From: Candidatus Latescibacterota bacterium
GTDB lineage: Bacteria; Latescibacterota; UBA2968; GCA-2709665
Reading direction: 5' to 3'
DNA length: 64,000 nt
Assembly: GCA_965203805.1 (NCBI GenBank)
Contig: OZ241917.1
Span: 5,489,643-5,553,642 of the forward strand
Shown here: piece by piece, positions 1 to 10,381 of the stretch
Layout of the letters: every line of letters begins with the position of its first letter
Position numbering within the stretch: the stretch's first letter is position 1
Program-made: the position numbers and the translations under genes
The notes under the pieces: generated by a model
Told to the model about the DNA's origin: nothing
Database searches by the model: none
What the model saw: the letters and a program-made list of their open reading frames with translations, nothing else

Positions 1-897
1 CGATTCCCGGAGGAGGTCCAGGATGCGTTCCAGATCGTCGTCGGTGTAGAACTCGATTTCGATTCTTCCCTTCTTCCCCCGGCGGTTGATGTTCACCCCC
101 GTCCCGAAACGACGCTGAAGGTCTTCTTCCAGCGAGAGGGTCTGGGGGTCCTTTCCCGCGGGACCGGCCCCGGGCGGTTTCCGGCGACCTGTTCTTCCGG
201 CTTTGACAAGGGTTTCAACCTGTCTCACGGAAAGGCCGTCGGCGATGATTTTCCTGCAGAGATTCACCTGGAGACGATCGTCGGCCAGGCCCAGCAGCGC
301 GCGGGCGTGGCCCATGGAAATCTGGTTGTCCTTCAGGGCGTTTCTGACTTCCTCCGAGAGGTGGAGAAGACGCAGCGTATTGGTCACGGTGGACCGGTTC
401 TTGCCGACTTTCCGCGCCACCTCTTCCTGAGTCAGGAAACAGGTCTCCATCAGCGCCCTGTACGCTCTGGCTTCTTCAATCGGATTCAGATCCTCCCGCT
501 GCACGTTCTCGATCAGTGAGATTTCCATCATTTCCTGATCGGACCCCACCTCCAGCAGGATGGCGGGGACGGTCGCCAGGCCGGCCTTCTTCGCGGCGCG
601 GAGTCGGCGCTCGCCCGCGATGAGCTGGTAGGTCGACCCGTAGCTCCGGGCGACGACGGGCTGGATGACCCCTTTTTCCCGGATCGAGTCCGCCAGTTCC
701 TGTACGGCATCCGGATCGAACTCGGCACGTGGCTGGTGCGTGTTGGGCTCGAGATCTCCGATGTCGATCTCGAGCACCCGCGCCCCCGGATGGAGATCGC
801 CCGTATCCGTTGAACCCGCTGTCCGGTCCGGGGCGGATTCGTCGGCGCCGGGGATCAGCGCGCCCAGGCCTCTGCCCAGGACGTTACGCTTTGCCAT
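1..897 (-). CDS. parB: Chromosome partitioning protein ParB/Spo0J (C-terminal end runs off the window)
   Basis: Absent from the ORF track because no stop lies inside the window. My reverse-strand translation from the ATG at 897 reads MAKRNVLGRGLGALIP...YQLIAGERRLRAAKKAGLATVPAIL...EDLNPIEEARAY...LTQEEVARKVGKNRSTVTNTLRLL, which is the ParB boxes plus an HTH. The start overlaps the parA stop by 14 nt. Confidence 0.9.
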   Translation of the reverse strand, partial: MAKRNVLGRGLGALIPGADESAPDRTAGSTDTGDLHPGARVLEIDIGDLEPNTHQPRAEFDPDAVQELADSIREKGVIQPVVARSYGSTYQLIAGERRLRAAKKAGLATVPAILLEVGSDQEMMEISLIENVQREDLNPIEEARAYRALMETCFLTQEEVARKVGKNRSTVTNTLRLLHLSEEVRNALKDNQISMGHARALLGLADDRLQVNLCRKIIADGLSVRQVETLVKAGRTGRRKPPGAGPAGKDPQTLSLEEDLQRRFGTGVNINRRGKKGRIEIEFYTDDDLERILDLLRES

Positions 898-1651
898 GGT
901 TGATGACCTCCCCGGCCAGGCTCATGTAATTTCGCGCCCCTTGAGACATAATATCATAAAGGATAATGGGTTTGCCGAAACTGGGCGCCTCGCCGAGTTT
1001 GACGTTTCGGCCGATGATCGTGTTGTATACCCGCGTTCCGAAGTGGTGCCGGGCCTCATCCACAACCTGACGGGAGAGATTCAGCCGGGTATCGAACATC
1101 GTGAGCAGCACGCCTTCGATACTGAGCGGCGGATTCAGTTGGCGCTGGACCAGCCGCAGCGTATTCAACAGCTTGCCGACGCCCTCCAGCGCATAGTATT
1201 CGCACTGAATGGGAATGAGGACGGAACCGGCAGCGGTAAGTGCATTGAGCGTCAGCAACCCCAGGGAGGGCGGACAATCGATCAAGAGGAAATCGTAGTT
1301 TTCGCCTGCGCCTTCCAGCGCGACCCTGAGGCGGTGTTCCCGGGCGCCGAGGTTGACCATTTCGACTTCGGCGCCGGTGAGGCGCACATGCGACGGCGCC
1401 ACGTTCAGGAAGGGAATCTCGGTTTCCCGGGTGATGTCGGAAAGCGGAACCTCCTGGACGAGTACCTCGTAGATGCAGGGTTCTTCTCGCGCCACGGACA
1501 CGCCGAAGCTGCTGGTGGCGTTGGACTGCGGATCCAGGTCGACGAGCAGCGTCTTCTTTTCCGCAGCCGCCAAGCAGGCGGACAGGTTGACCGCGGTTGT
1601 GGTCTTACCGACGCCGCCTTTCTGGTTGGCAATGGCAATGATTCTTGGCAT
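884..1651 (-). CDS. parA: ParA/Soj chromosome partitioning ATPase
   Basis: ORF 884..1741. I prefer the internal ATG at 1651 (MPRIIAIANQKGGVGKTTTAVNLSA, deviant Walker A at the N-terminus). The 30 residues upstream are Arg/Pro-rich and look non-coding. Confidence 0.9.
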   Translation of the reverse strand: MPRIIAIANQKGGVGKTTTAVNLSACLAAAEKKTLLVDLDPQSNATSSFGVSVAREEPCIYEVLVQEVPLSDITRETEIPFLNVAPSHVRLTGAEVEMVNLGAREHRLRVALEGAGENYDFLLIDCPPSLGLLTLNALTAAGSVLIPIQCEYYALEGVGKLLNTLRLVQRQLNPPLSIEGVLLTMFDTRLNLSRQVVDEARHHFGTRVYNTIIGRNVKLGEAPSFGKPIILYDIMSQGARNYMSLAGEVINHGKA

Positions 1652-1680
1652 AGATGGAAAACCCGGGGCGGCGTACCCGG

Positions 1681-4335
<2,655 letters not shown>

Positions 4336-4355
4336 GTTGTTCCTCGTATTGGATG

Positions 4356-5591
4356 TCAGGGGTTCCGTCCGATGGCGGTTCCCTGGCCCTTATCGGCCGT
4401 GTTGGCGCTTCCGGATGACGTGGTGATCACCGTGTCTGACGCGGTCTGGCCGGGCGAGACGGGTTGTGCCTGGCCTCGTCCGCCTGGATCCCGGGATTCC
4501 TCGCGACTGGCCCGGACCACGTTGCGGTCTTCAATATTGAGGAGGGTCTTGAGGATGCTTCGCCTGCCCACAATGATCCGCAGGTCCGCCGTGGAGCCGT
4601 ATTTGAGTGGTAGAGGGGTTTCCAGAATGCGGATTTCCAACTCGAACGTACGGACGCCGCCGCCGTGAACCGCGTATCCGTAGAACCTGGAGATTTCACC
4701 GGCGCCTATGAATTCTTCGCGGTCGGTGAAGAGATTGCTGAGGATTTCGACGGGGTGTCCGAGGCGGATCTTCCAGGCGTTGGTTTCCGGAACCCAGGCG
4801 TCGATTGTGTCGTCCCCGCCTTCGCCGGCGATGATGAGTACGATCTGCCCCTGTTCGGCCAGCATGCCCGGATGCAGGTCCCGCCTGGCCACAACACCGT
4901 TAACGGGGGACCTCATGGTGGTCAGCTCAAGGCTCTCGCGGGCGCCCTTGAGGCTGCTGCGGGCTTTCGCGAGCGCCGCGTTGGCCCGGCGGACTTCCGC
5001 CGCAGCCTGTCGAAGCTCGGATGGCGACGCGCCGCGTCGGGTGAGGCTCAAAACCTCGGATGCGACTTTCAGATTGGTTTCGGCGAGTTGATGGTTGGTT
5101 TTCGCGCGCTCGAGCTCCTCGACGCTCCAGAGGCGCTCGCCCAGGTAGAGGTGCTCGGCGCGTTGCAGTTCCTGCTTGCGGGCTTTCAGCGCAATCTGTG
5201 CCTGCTCGACCCGGGATTCCGCGATTTTCAGCGCTTCAGCCGTGGGCTTTTCTTCCAGAAGCGCCAGGTTCGCCCGGGCGTGTTCCAGATTGGCATCACT
5301 GCGCTGGACCTCCTTCCCGGCCGCATCGACGGCGGACACGAGGTCGCCGTTGTAGAGCTGTACGACCGGCTGACCGGCCTTCACCTGCGTTCCGGCCTCG
5401 CAGTGGATGGCTTCGATTACCCGCTTGAGCGGAGAGTCCACATAGATCTTCTTCCCAGGCTCCACGATGCCCTGGGCCATGACGACGTCGTCTATTTTAA
5501 TCAGCGACAGCGTAAGAATTACAGCCGCCAGCACGCCCCCGATCCACAAAAACCACTTCAGCACGCGGTGCTTGCGTCGCCTGCGCATCAT
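4356..5591 (-). CDS. HlyD-family membrane fusion / periplasmic adaptor protein
   Basis: 411 aa. N-terminal TM helix, lipoyl-like hairpin (GIVEPGKKIYVDSP...AGTQVKAGQPVVQL), long coiled coil, then a beta-barrel segment. No transporter partner is visible next to it. Confidence 0.7.
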   Translation of the reverse strand: MMRRRRKHRVLKWFLWIGGVLAAVILTLSLIKIDDVVMAQGIVEPGKKIYVDSPLKRVIEAIHCEAGTQVKAGQPVVQLYNGDLVSAVDAAGKEVQRSDANLEHARANLALLEEKPTAEALKIAESRVEQAQIALKARKQELQRAEHLYLGERLWSVEELERAKTNHQLAETNLKVASEVLSLTRRGASPSELRQAAAEVRRANAALAKARSSLKGARESLELTTMRSPVNGVVARRDLHPGMLAEQGQIVLIIAGEGGDDTIDAWVPETNAWKIRLGHPVEILSNLFTDREEFIGAGEISRFYGYAVHGGGVRTFELEIRILETPLPLKYGSTADLRIIVGRRSILKTLLNIEDRNVVRASREESRDPGGRGQAQPVSPGQTASDTVITTSSGSANTADKGQGTAIGRNP

Positions 5592-5608
5592 TACCGAAAC
5601 CCTTTTTC

Positions 5609-5637
5609 TTGACAGGGGAGAACGGCTTGTCTATATT
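5609..5637 (+). promoter_or_regulatory. Sigma70-type promoter for tRNA-Lys (TTGACA-17 nt-TATATT)
   Basis: TTGACA at 5609-5614, a 17-nt spacer, TATATT at 5632-5637, about 55 nt upstream of the tRNA. The same near-consensus architecture recurs at 9999, 30850 and 57636. Confidence 0.5.
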
Positions 5638-5691
5638 CATCACTTTGCCTGATCGCGTAGCGGTTTTTGGCGCGTGGTCCGGGTGCGGAAT

Positions 5692-5763
5692 GGGCCCGTA
5701 GCTCAGGGGTAGAGCAGCGGCCTTTTAAGCCGTTGGTCGAAGGTTCAAATCCTTCCGGGCTCA
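5692..5763 (+). tRNA. tRNA-Lys (anticodon UUU)
   Basis: Manual cloverleaf. Acceptor GGGCCCG/CGGGCUC, D arm GCUC-AGGGGUA-GAGC, anticodon arm GCGGC-CUUUUAA-GCCGU, variable UGGUC, T arm GAAGG-UUCAAAU-CCUUC, discriminator A. CCA is not encoded. Confidence 0.9.
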
Positions 5764-5801
5764 TTTAACTATCTTAAAATAAACTACTTGCTATTATAAA
5801 A

Positions 5802-5831
5802 GGCCCGGATCGCAACCGATCGGGCTTTTTT
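5802..5831 (+). terminator. Intrinsic terminator after tRNA-Lys
   Basis: GGCCCGGATCG-CAAC-CGATCGGGC hairpin followed by TTTTTTG. Confidence 0.6.
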
Positions 5832-6062
5832 GTTTCCTGTTTCGGAAGGTTCCACGATTTCGCGAAACGCCGGCGATATTTAGTCTTACAAGGTATCATA
5901 TCAGATTTCAAAAGTCAAGGCGATTCCAATTTTCGATCGCGCCGGTTCGGACCGTCTCCTTCCCTAAATCCGGCGCTCCGGACGATTGCAATATTGAATT
6001 TATGACTTGACAGGGCGAGATGTTTTCGTTATTCTTGACTAACTTGATTGACAATATAATAA

Positions 6063-6848
6063 ATGTCGCCGGAAGAGGATCTGCAGCATAGGATTTGCAT
6101 GCGTATCGACCAGCAGGACATCGACAGTTTCGCCGGCGCATTGGATGGCGCGCAGCCGGAGCAAGTTCTGGAGTGGGCCTGGCGGAACCTGGGTCCCGCC
6201 GTCGCGATGAGCACGGCATTCGGGCCCAGTGGCGTGGTGCTAATCGACATGGCGCAAAGGGTGGTCCCGAAACTGCCTGTTTTCACCATCGACACCGGAT
6301 ATCTGTTTGCTGAAACGCTGGCGCTGAAAGAGCGCATCGAGGCGCGTTTCGACATTCAGATCGAGTTTTTGCGCCCTCGCTTGAGCGTGCCCGAACAGGA
6401 TCGCGCCTGCGGCCCCGATCTTCACAACAGGGATCCGGACCGCTGTTGCGCGATGCGCAAGGTGGAACCGCTGCAGCGGAAACTGGCAGGCCTGAACGGC
6501 TGGATCGCAGGTCTCAGGAGAGATCAATCCGGAACGCGCGCGGGCGTACGCGTCGTGGAAGCCTACCGGACCAGCGGGGGACGTGCCGTGGCCAAGGTAA
6601 ACCCGCTTGCCGCCTGGACCCGGAAGCAGGTCTGGGATTACGTCATTGAAAACGGTCTGCCGTACAATTCACTCATGGATCAGGGCTATTCCAGCATCGG
6701 CTGCTGGCCGTGTACCCGGCCGGCAGCGCCCGGCGCAGACGAACGCGCGGGCCGCTGGGCGGGCACGTCCAAAACGGAATGCGGGATGCACGCGCCGCTG
6801 ATCGATGTCGAGATTCCGGAGGTGGAAGGGCAACTGGCGGCGGGATAA
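6063..6848 (+). CDS. cysH: Phosphoadenosine/adenosine 5'-phosphosulfate reductase (Fe-S type, CysH family)
   Basis: 261 aa. PAPS_reduct fold (FTIDTGYLFAETL, GLRRDQSGTRA), a CC...CxxC cysteine set (DRCCAMRKVEPL, IGCWPCT) and the C-terminal ECGMH motif. The start could instead be the ATG at 6099. Confidence 0.85.
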   Translation: MSPEEDLQHRICMRIDQQDIDSFAGALDGAQPEQVLEWAWRNLGPAVAMSTAFGPSGVVLIDMAQRVVPKLPVFTIDTGYLFAETLALKERIEARFDIQIEFLRPRLSVPEQDRACGPDLHNRDPDRCCAMRKVEPLQRKLAGLNGWIAGLRRDQSGTRAGVRVVEAYRTSGGRAVAKVNPLAAWTRKQVWDYVIENGLPYNSLMDQGYSSIGCWPCTRPAAPGADERAGRWAGTSKTECGMHAPLIDVEIPEVEGQLAAG

Positions 6849-6891
6849 ACGGGACCGGGCGGACAGACGGACGTTAATCGAACTGAATCTT

Positions 6892-6930
6892 CATCGGCGG
6901 CAGCGAACACGGCTTCCGCCGATGTTGTTT
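6892..6930 (+). terminator. Candidate intrinsic terminator after cysH
   Basis: CATCGGCGG...CCGCCGATG 9-bp stem with a 15-nt loop, followed by TTGTTT. Confidence 0.45.
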
Positions 6931-6991
6931 GCGGACCTAATCTGTTCCTCCACCGAATCTGTACGGGCAACACCTGTGGTTGCCAAAAAGC

Positions 6992-7164
6992 GGTGAGACG
7001 GTAGACGTTAGACGGGAGATGACGTCCTTGCCCGATCGGTTCTTCCTTTATGCCATCGGCAAGAAAGGAAACCTCACAGGGCAATCACATCTTCTACCGT
7101 CTCCCCTCGACCCTCTCACTGCCTTTATGACACTTATATCAACTCCCGTCTTACGTCTTTCCGC
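6992..7164 (+). repeat. Foldback repeat family A, copy 1 (AGACG-subrepeat element)
   Basis: Begins GGTGAGACGGTAGACGTTAGACGGGAGATGACGTCCTTGCCCGAT, with 2 mismatches in the first 48 nt versus the copy at 30542. Pyrimidine-strand arms (CATCTTCTACCGTCTCCCC..., CTCCCGTCTTACGTCT) are inverted versions of the first arm. A conserved CTTGATTCAAGCTGAC block follows at 7249-7264. Confidence 0.75.
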
Positions 7165-7400
7165 TCTCCCGGGAGCGAGGGCATCCTGCCCTCGACGCGC
7201 CCATTCGAAGCCTGTCGTTTAAGGGCGCAGACGTCTGTGGATTGGGCTCTTGATTCAAGCTGACTACTGGCGGGCCAGGCTGATGCAAATTGGTGGAATT
7301 CTAGCCACGAAAAGACTCCCGCTCCAGTACGAGGCGGGCGGGAGGAGAAGACATGAAAGCGATTGCAGCGTCGCTCTTTCGTGACGGCACGACAGTAAAT

Positions 7401-9437
7401 CTAACTACCTGGCTGCGATCCAAAAGCATTCGAAAATATCACAAAATCTGAAAAGCCAACCTCGCCGTCTTCGTCCAGGTCGAACGCGGGATCGAAGTCT
7501 TCGTCGGCCGAAGATCCGCCGAACGCTCTCGCAAATGCGATGAAATCCGGGAATGCGACGGTCCCGTCGCGGTCAAAGTCTGGAATGGGCGTTTCACCTT
7601 GTACGACGGTTAAATGGCGAAAACCCTGAACCGTATAGCTATTTTCCCACCATTTCTGAGGATCAAATGGAATATAACTTACACTCACAATCAACCTGTA
7701 ATCGCCGATTTCTTCTGGAGTAAATGAGATGTTTCTACTGAATCGCCCGTTTGAAACCTTCGCCTCAAGCCGTATTCTCCTTTCTTCGTTTTCAAACTCA
7801 AAATGGACCACTTCGGATAAGGACGAATCGGATACTGAGCCGCTGAGCCGCATAGCCTGACCCGTCCTGTACTGGAAAGGTAGCGGCGGGTCAAAGTAGA
7901 CCCGGGGCCAATAGCCCCTCGGTATATCCATTCGTGGATGGTAATTTTTCGGTAGAGGGATGAATTGGACGCGGATTTTACCATTTGGATCGGTTTGAAT
8001 GGATAGGATTGTCTGGTTTCGATTTCCAATTAAACGCACATACGTGGAGGAGAGCTGAAAAATTTCCCCCTTGACGGTGACAGACCCTGACGATTCTGGT
8101 CTGACGGCGGTATTACCGCGATCACTGTGCTCATACCCCCCATCCGGCCAGACAATGTGTTCTGCCGGAATAGGGAAGGCCCGACCTAAGGAAAGACTGT
8201 CTGCAAGAAGCGTCGTTGTATAATTAAGCCTAGTATTGAGTCCCAACCCACTCAAAAACAGCCGCGAAACGTGCCGTTCGAAAATATCTGAGATTCGGTG
8301 TCCTGTTGCATTCTCGACGTTGGCAATTCCAACCTTTTCTGTTTGTGCTAGCCTTGCCAGAACACCCGTGCCGAACTCTTCAACGAGGCTACGCAGGAAC
8401 AAATAGGCTGCGCCGCGTCTAGTGGAATTTGGTGGGGACCGGTTACCGATAGTCCCACGTTCAGTTGACTTGAGGTACCTATCGACATTTCGGCGATTAT
8501 GCTTATCATGTTCGCCGACTAGATCCTCAGCAACGTGCGACAACCCTTCATTCAGCCAGTGATGCTCTGCATTCCCGTTGCGAACGAGCGCGTGCTGATT
8601 GAAGTTGATGAGATGTTGAAATTCGTGGGCAAGTACGGCGTCCAACATCCCTGGATCGGTGTCAGGGTCGATATATAACAAATCGGACAGGTTCCCGTCG
8701 CCTCCCTGTTCCACAGAGAGCAACGAAGCAGCATTGAAGAACGCCGCCGCGCCGAAAATGGAGTTGTCAGGGTTTACCTTGTTGGTATAGAGTATGTGGA
8801 TCTTGCCGTCATTATCCACGTCCGATTCCTGACCAATCATGGAAGTGACAATAGGATAGGTTGTGTTGCTGAACCGGTCGATCTGCTCTTGGATCATCGA
8901 TTTACTAATCCGGTGTACGTCGGATACGTCCACATAGGCATTTGCCCGCTCGCTGGTCGCTAAAAACGACGCTGTAATCGTGGTTTTTCGGACATCTCCG
9001 AAAGAGGGAAAGGCAAATTGGTGAGCGCTGCCAATTTGCTGCGGGACGATCTTCGCAGCGTGCGCACGATAGCCGCCCGAATCCTGAAGCCGGCGTGCGA
9101 GTTCCTGTTCCTGTTCGCGAACCTTGCTCTTAAGGTCGGTGCTGTTCGGGAGGGGAGCTAGCTGACTCGTTCCAGGAAGTCGGTCAATTATAGGACGGGA
9201 ATCGCCAAAGGCTGCCGTTATCGAGAAGTTGAATGGGTGAGCCAGCCCAAAATCGCCGGATTCCGCGTCAGTTCGTGCGGAATAGAGGATCAACTCGTAG
9301 TCGCGGTCCGAAAAATCAAGCGTTACGGTCGTAGACCCTTCAGCGAGATCGACCCGGAAGGGTTTGCCGATTTCCTGTGCGTGAACAGGCTGCAAGCAGA
9401 TCGATAATAAGGGCAAACAAAAGGTAAAGAGTCTCAT
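7401..9437 (-). CDS. Secreted zinc metalloprotease (HEXXH; possibly M30 hyicolysin-like) with C-terminal dockerin-like repeats
   Basis: 678 aa. Signal peptide MRLFTFCLPLLSICLQPVHAQE, VLAHEFQHLINF zinc motif, and a C-terminal double DxDxDG repeat (DFDRDGTVAFPDFIAFARAFG...DLDEDGEVGFSDFVIFSNAFG). Visibly lower G+C than the flanks. Confidence 0.6.
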   Translation of the reverse strand: MRLFTFCLPLLSICLQPVHAQEIGKPFRVDLAEGSTTVTLDFSDRDYELILYSARTDAESGDFGLAHPFNFSITAAFGDSRPIIDRLPGTSQLAPLPNSTDLKSKVREQEQELARRLQDSGGYRAHAAKIVPQQIGSAHQFAFPSFGDVRKTTITASFLATSERANAYVDVSDVHRISKSMIQEQIDRFSNTTYPIVTSMIGQESDVDNDGKIHILYTNKVNPDNSIFGAAAFFNAASLLSVEQGGDGNLSDLLYIDPDTDPGMLDAVLAHEFQHLINFNQHALVRNGNAEHHWLNEGLSHVAEDLVGEHDKHNRRNVDRYLKSTERGTIGNRSPPNSTRRGAAYLFLRSLVEEFGTGVLARLAQTEKVGIANVENATGHRISDIFERHVSRLFLSGLGLNTRLNYTTTLLADSLSLGRAFPIPAEHIVWPDGGYEHSDRGNTAVRPESSGSVTVKGEIFQLSSTYVRLIGNRNQTILSIQTDPNGKIRVQFIPLPKNYHPRMDIPRGYWPRVYFDPPLPFQYRTGQAMRLSGSVSDSSLSEVVHFEFENEERRIRLEAKVSNGRFSRNISFTPEEIGDYRLIVSVSYIPFDPQKWWENSYTVQGFRHLTVVQGETPIPDFDRDGTVAFPDFIAFARAFGGSSADEDFDPAFDLDEDGEVGFSDFVIFSNAFGSQPGS

Positions 9438-9749
9438 ACAGGGGCCCTTTTCACATTTTGGATCGGATCGTGTGTGTCTCTCGCTGGAATTTCACAGTGT
9501 GCGTCACGAAAACTATAATGTATCTTAATGTGTAGTGTCAAGAGATTTCGGCTGAAAAGTGTAATGTTTATGAGATCATAGTCTGGACGTGTCCAATGCC
9601 TTGTGATTCGCATCGTTTGGTTTCAGGAAGTCTGGATGACGCAGGTTATACAACGGCCTCGAAGGATTCTCGCGGGTTCTGTTGGATAGGCCTCACGCTG
9701 ATCGCTGCTCTTCCTCCTCCTTTCCCTCCGGGAGAGGTCGCCTAACGGC

Positions 9750-9983
9750 GGGGAGACGTAAGACGTGAGCCGGTAGACGGTAGATGAGAGACCTTGTTAC
9801 ATTACGTTTTGCTATAAGGATAGTGCCGGAACGCCATATTGAAACGTGTGCGCCAGGGTCTTGAGTTTGACACAACGGCGTTTGCACTTAACCCGTGCCT
9901 GTTTCGTTGCCGTTATCGCAACGACAAGAAAAACCATATGGCACTCATATCATCTCCCCTCTCCCGTTTTACGTCTACCCGCC
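9750..9983 (-). repeat. Foldback repeat family A, copy 2 (diverged; both ends are copies of the terminal arm)
   Basis: Left end GGGGAGACGTAAGACGTGAGCCGGTAGACGGTAGATGAGAG is the reverse complement of the right-hand arm of copies 1 and 3 (CGTCTTACGTCT, CGTCTCCCCGCC). Right end GCACTCATATCATCTCCCCTCTCCCGTTTTACGTCTACCCGCC matches the right arm of copy 3. The interior differs. Confidence 0.65.
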
Positions 9984-9998
9984 TTTTGCCGTTTGCGC

Positions 9999-10026
9999 TT
10001 GACAAAGCCGGGCGCCGGCGTATATT
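9999..10026 (+). promoter_or_regulatory. Near-consensus sigma70-type promoter (TTGACA-16 nt-TATATT)
   Basis: TTGACA at 9999-10004 and TATATT at 10021-10026, 16 nt beyond repeat A copy 2 and about 355 nt upstream of the DUF262 gene. A GGTCCC...GGGGCC hairpin plus ATTTTTG follows at about 10040-10068. Confidence 0.45.
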
Positions 10027-10381
10027 GTTTTTTGCTGCTTGGTCCCTGGCAACACGGGGCCATTTTTGTACGTGGTCAGGATATGATGGGTAATGGGCCG
10101 CCAGGAATGCAACGGGGGGAATGTGCCGGTCACTCCGTTCCGTCGGCCCTACCAGCCGATTCTTTAGAGTCTCCATATGCGCGTGTACAAAAACCCAACG
10201 AAGCCATAGATTACGCGCTCGCCTGCAAGAATTAGCTTTGGCGCCCCATGATTCATTAGGATACAGCCGCGTTTGAGCGGGTTACGATGCTGTACAATAT
10301 TCAATCGAATTCCAATCCGTAAATATAGGAATTTGGCCGCAAATTCAACGTAAAACGAGAATCCAAGACGATCAGGACGCT

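Noticed and set aside
5692-5763. tRNA-Lys as the integration site of the island.
   Set aside because: cysH, a core gene, lies between the tRNA and the island. No integrase is present, and I found no repeat of the tRNA 3' end at the far island border.
6006-6060. A defined cysH promoter or CymR operator among the repeated CTTGAC(A/T) motifs upstream of cysH.
   Set aside because: Several overlapping -35-like hexamers exist, but the spacing to the TATAAT at 6055-6060 is only 14 nt. The alternative -10 (TATTCT at 6029-6034, 17 nt after the TTGACA at 6006-6011) is weak. This is too ambiguous to call from sequence alone.
6992-7030. CRISPR-like or iteron-like arrays, suggested by the 7-8 nt AGACG subrepeats and the GCTGACG heptamers at 30778-30812.
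   Set aside because: The units are far too short and are contiguous with no spacers. No cas genes and no replication initiator are nearby. They are better explained as subterminal repeats of a foldback element and a microsatellite.
10070-10145. Possible SRP (4.5S) RNA, because of GGTCAGG and GTGCCGG strings downstream of the orphan promoter.
   Set aside because: The conserved domain IV core (GGAA tetraloop context, AGCAGC symmetric loop) is absent, and I could not draw a convincing helix 5/8.
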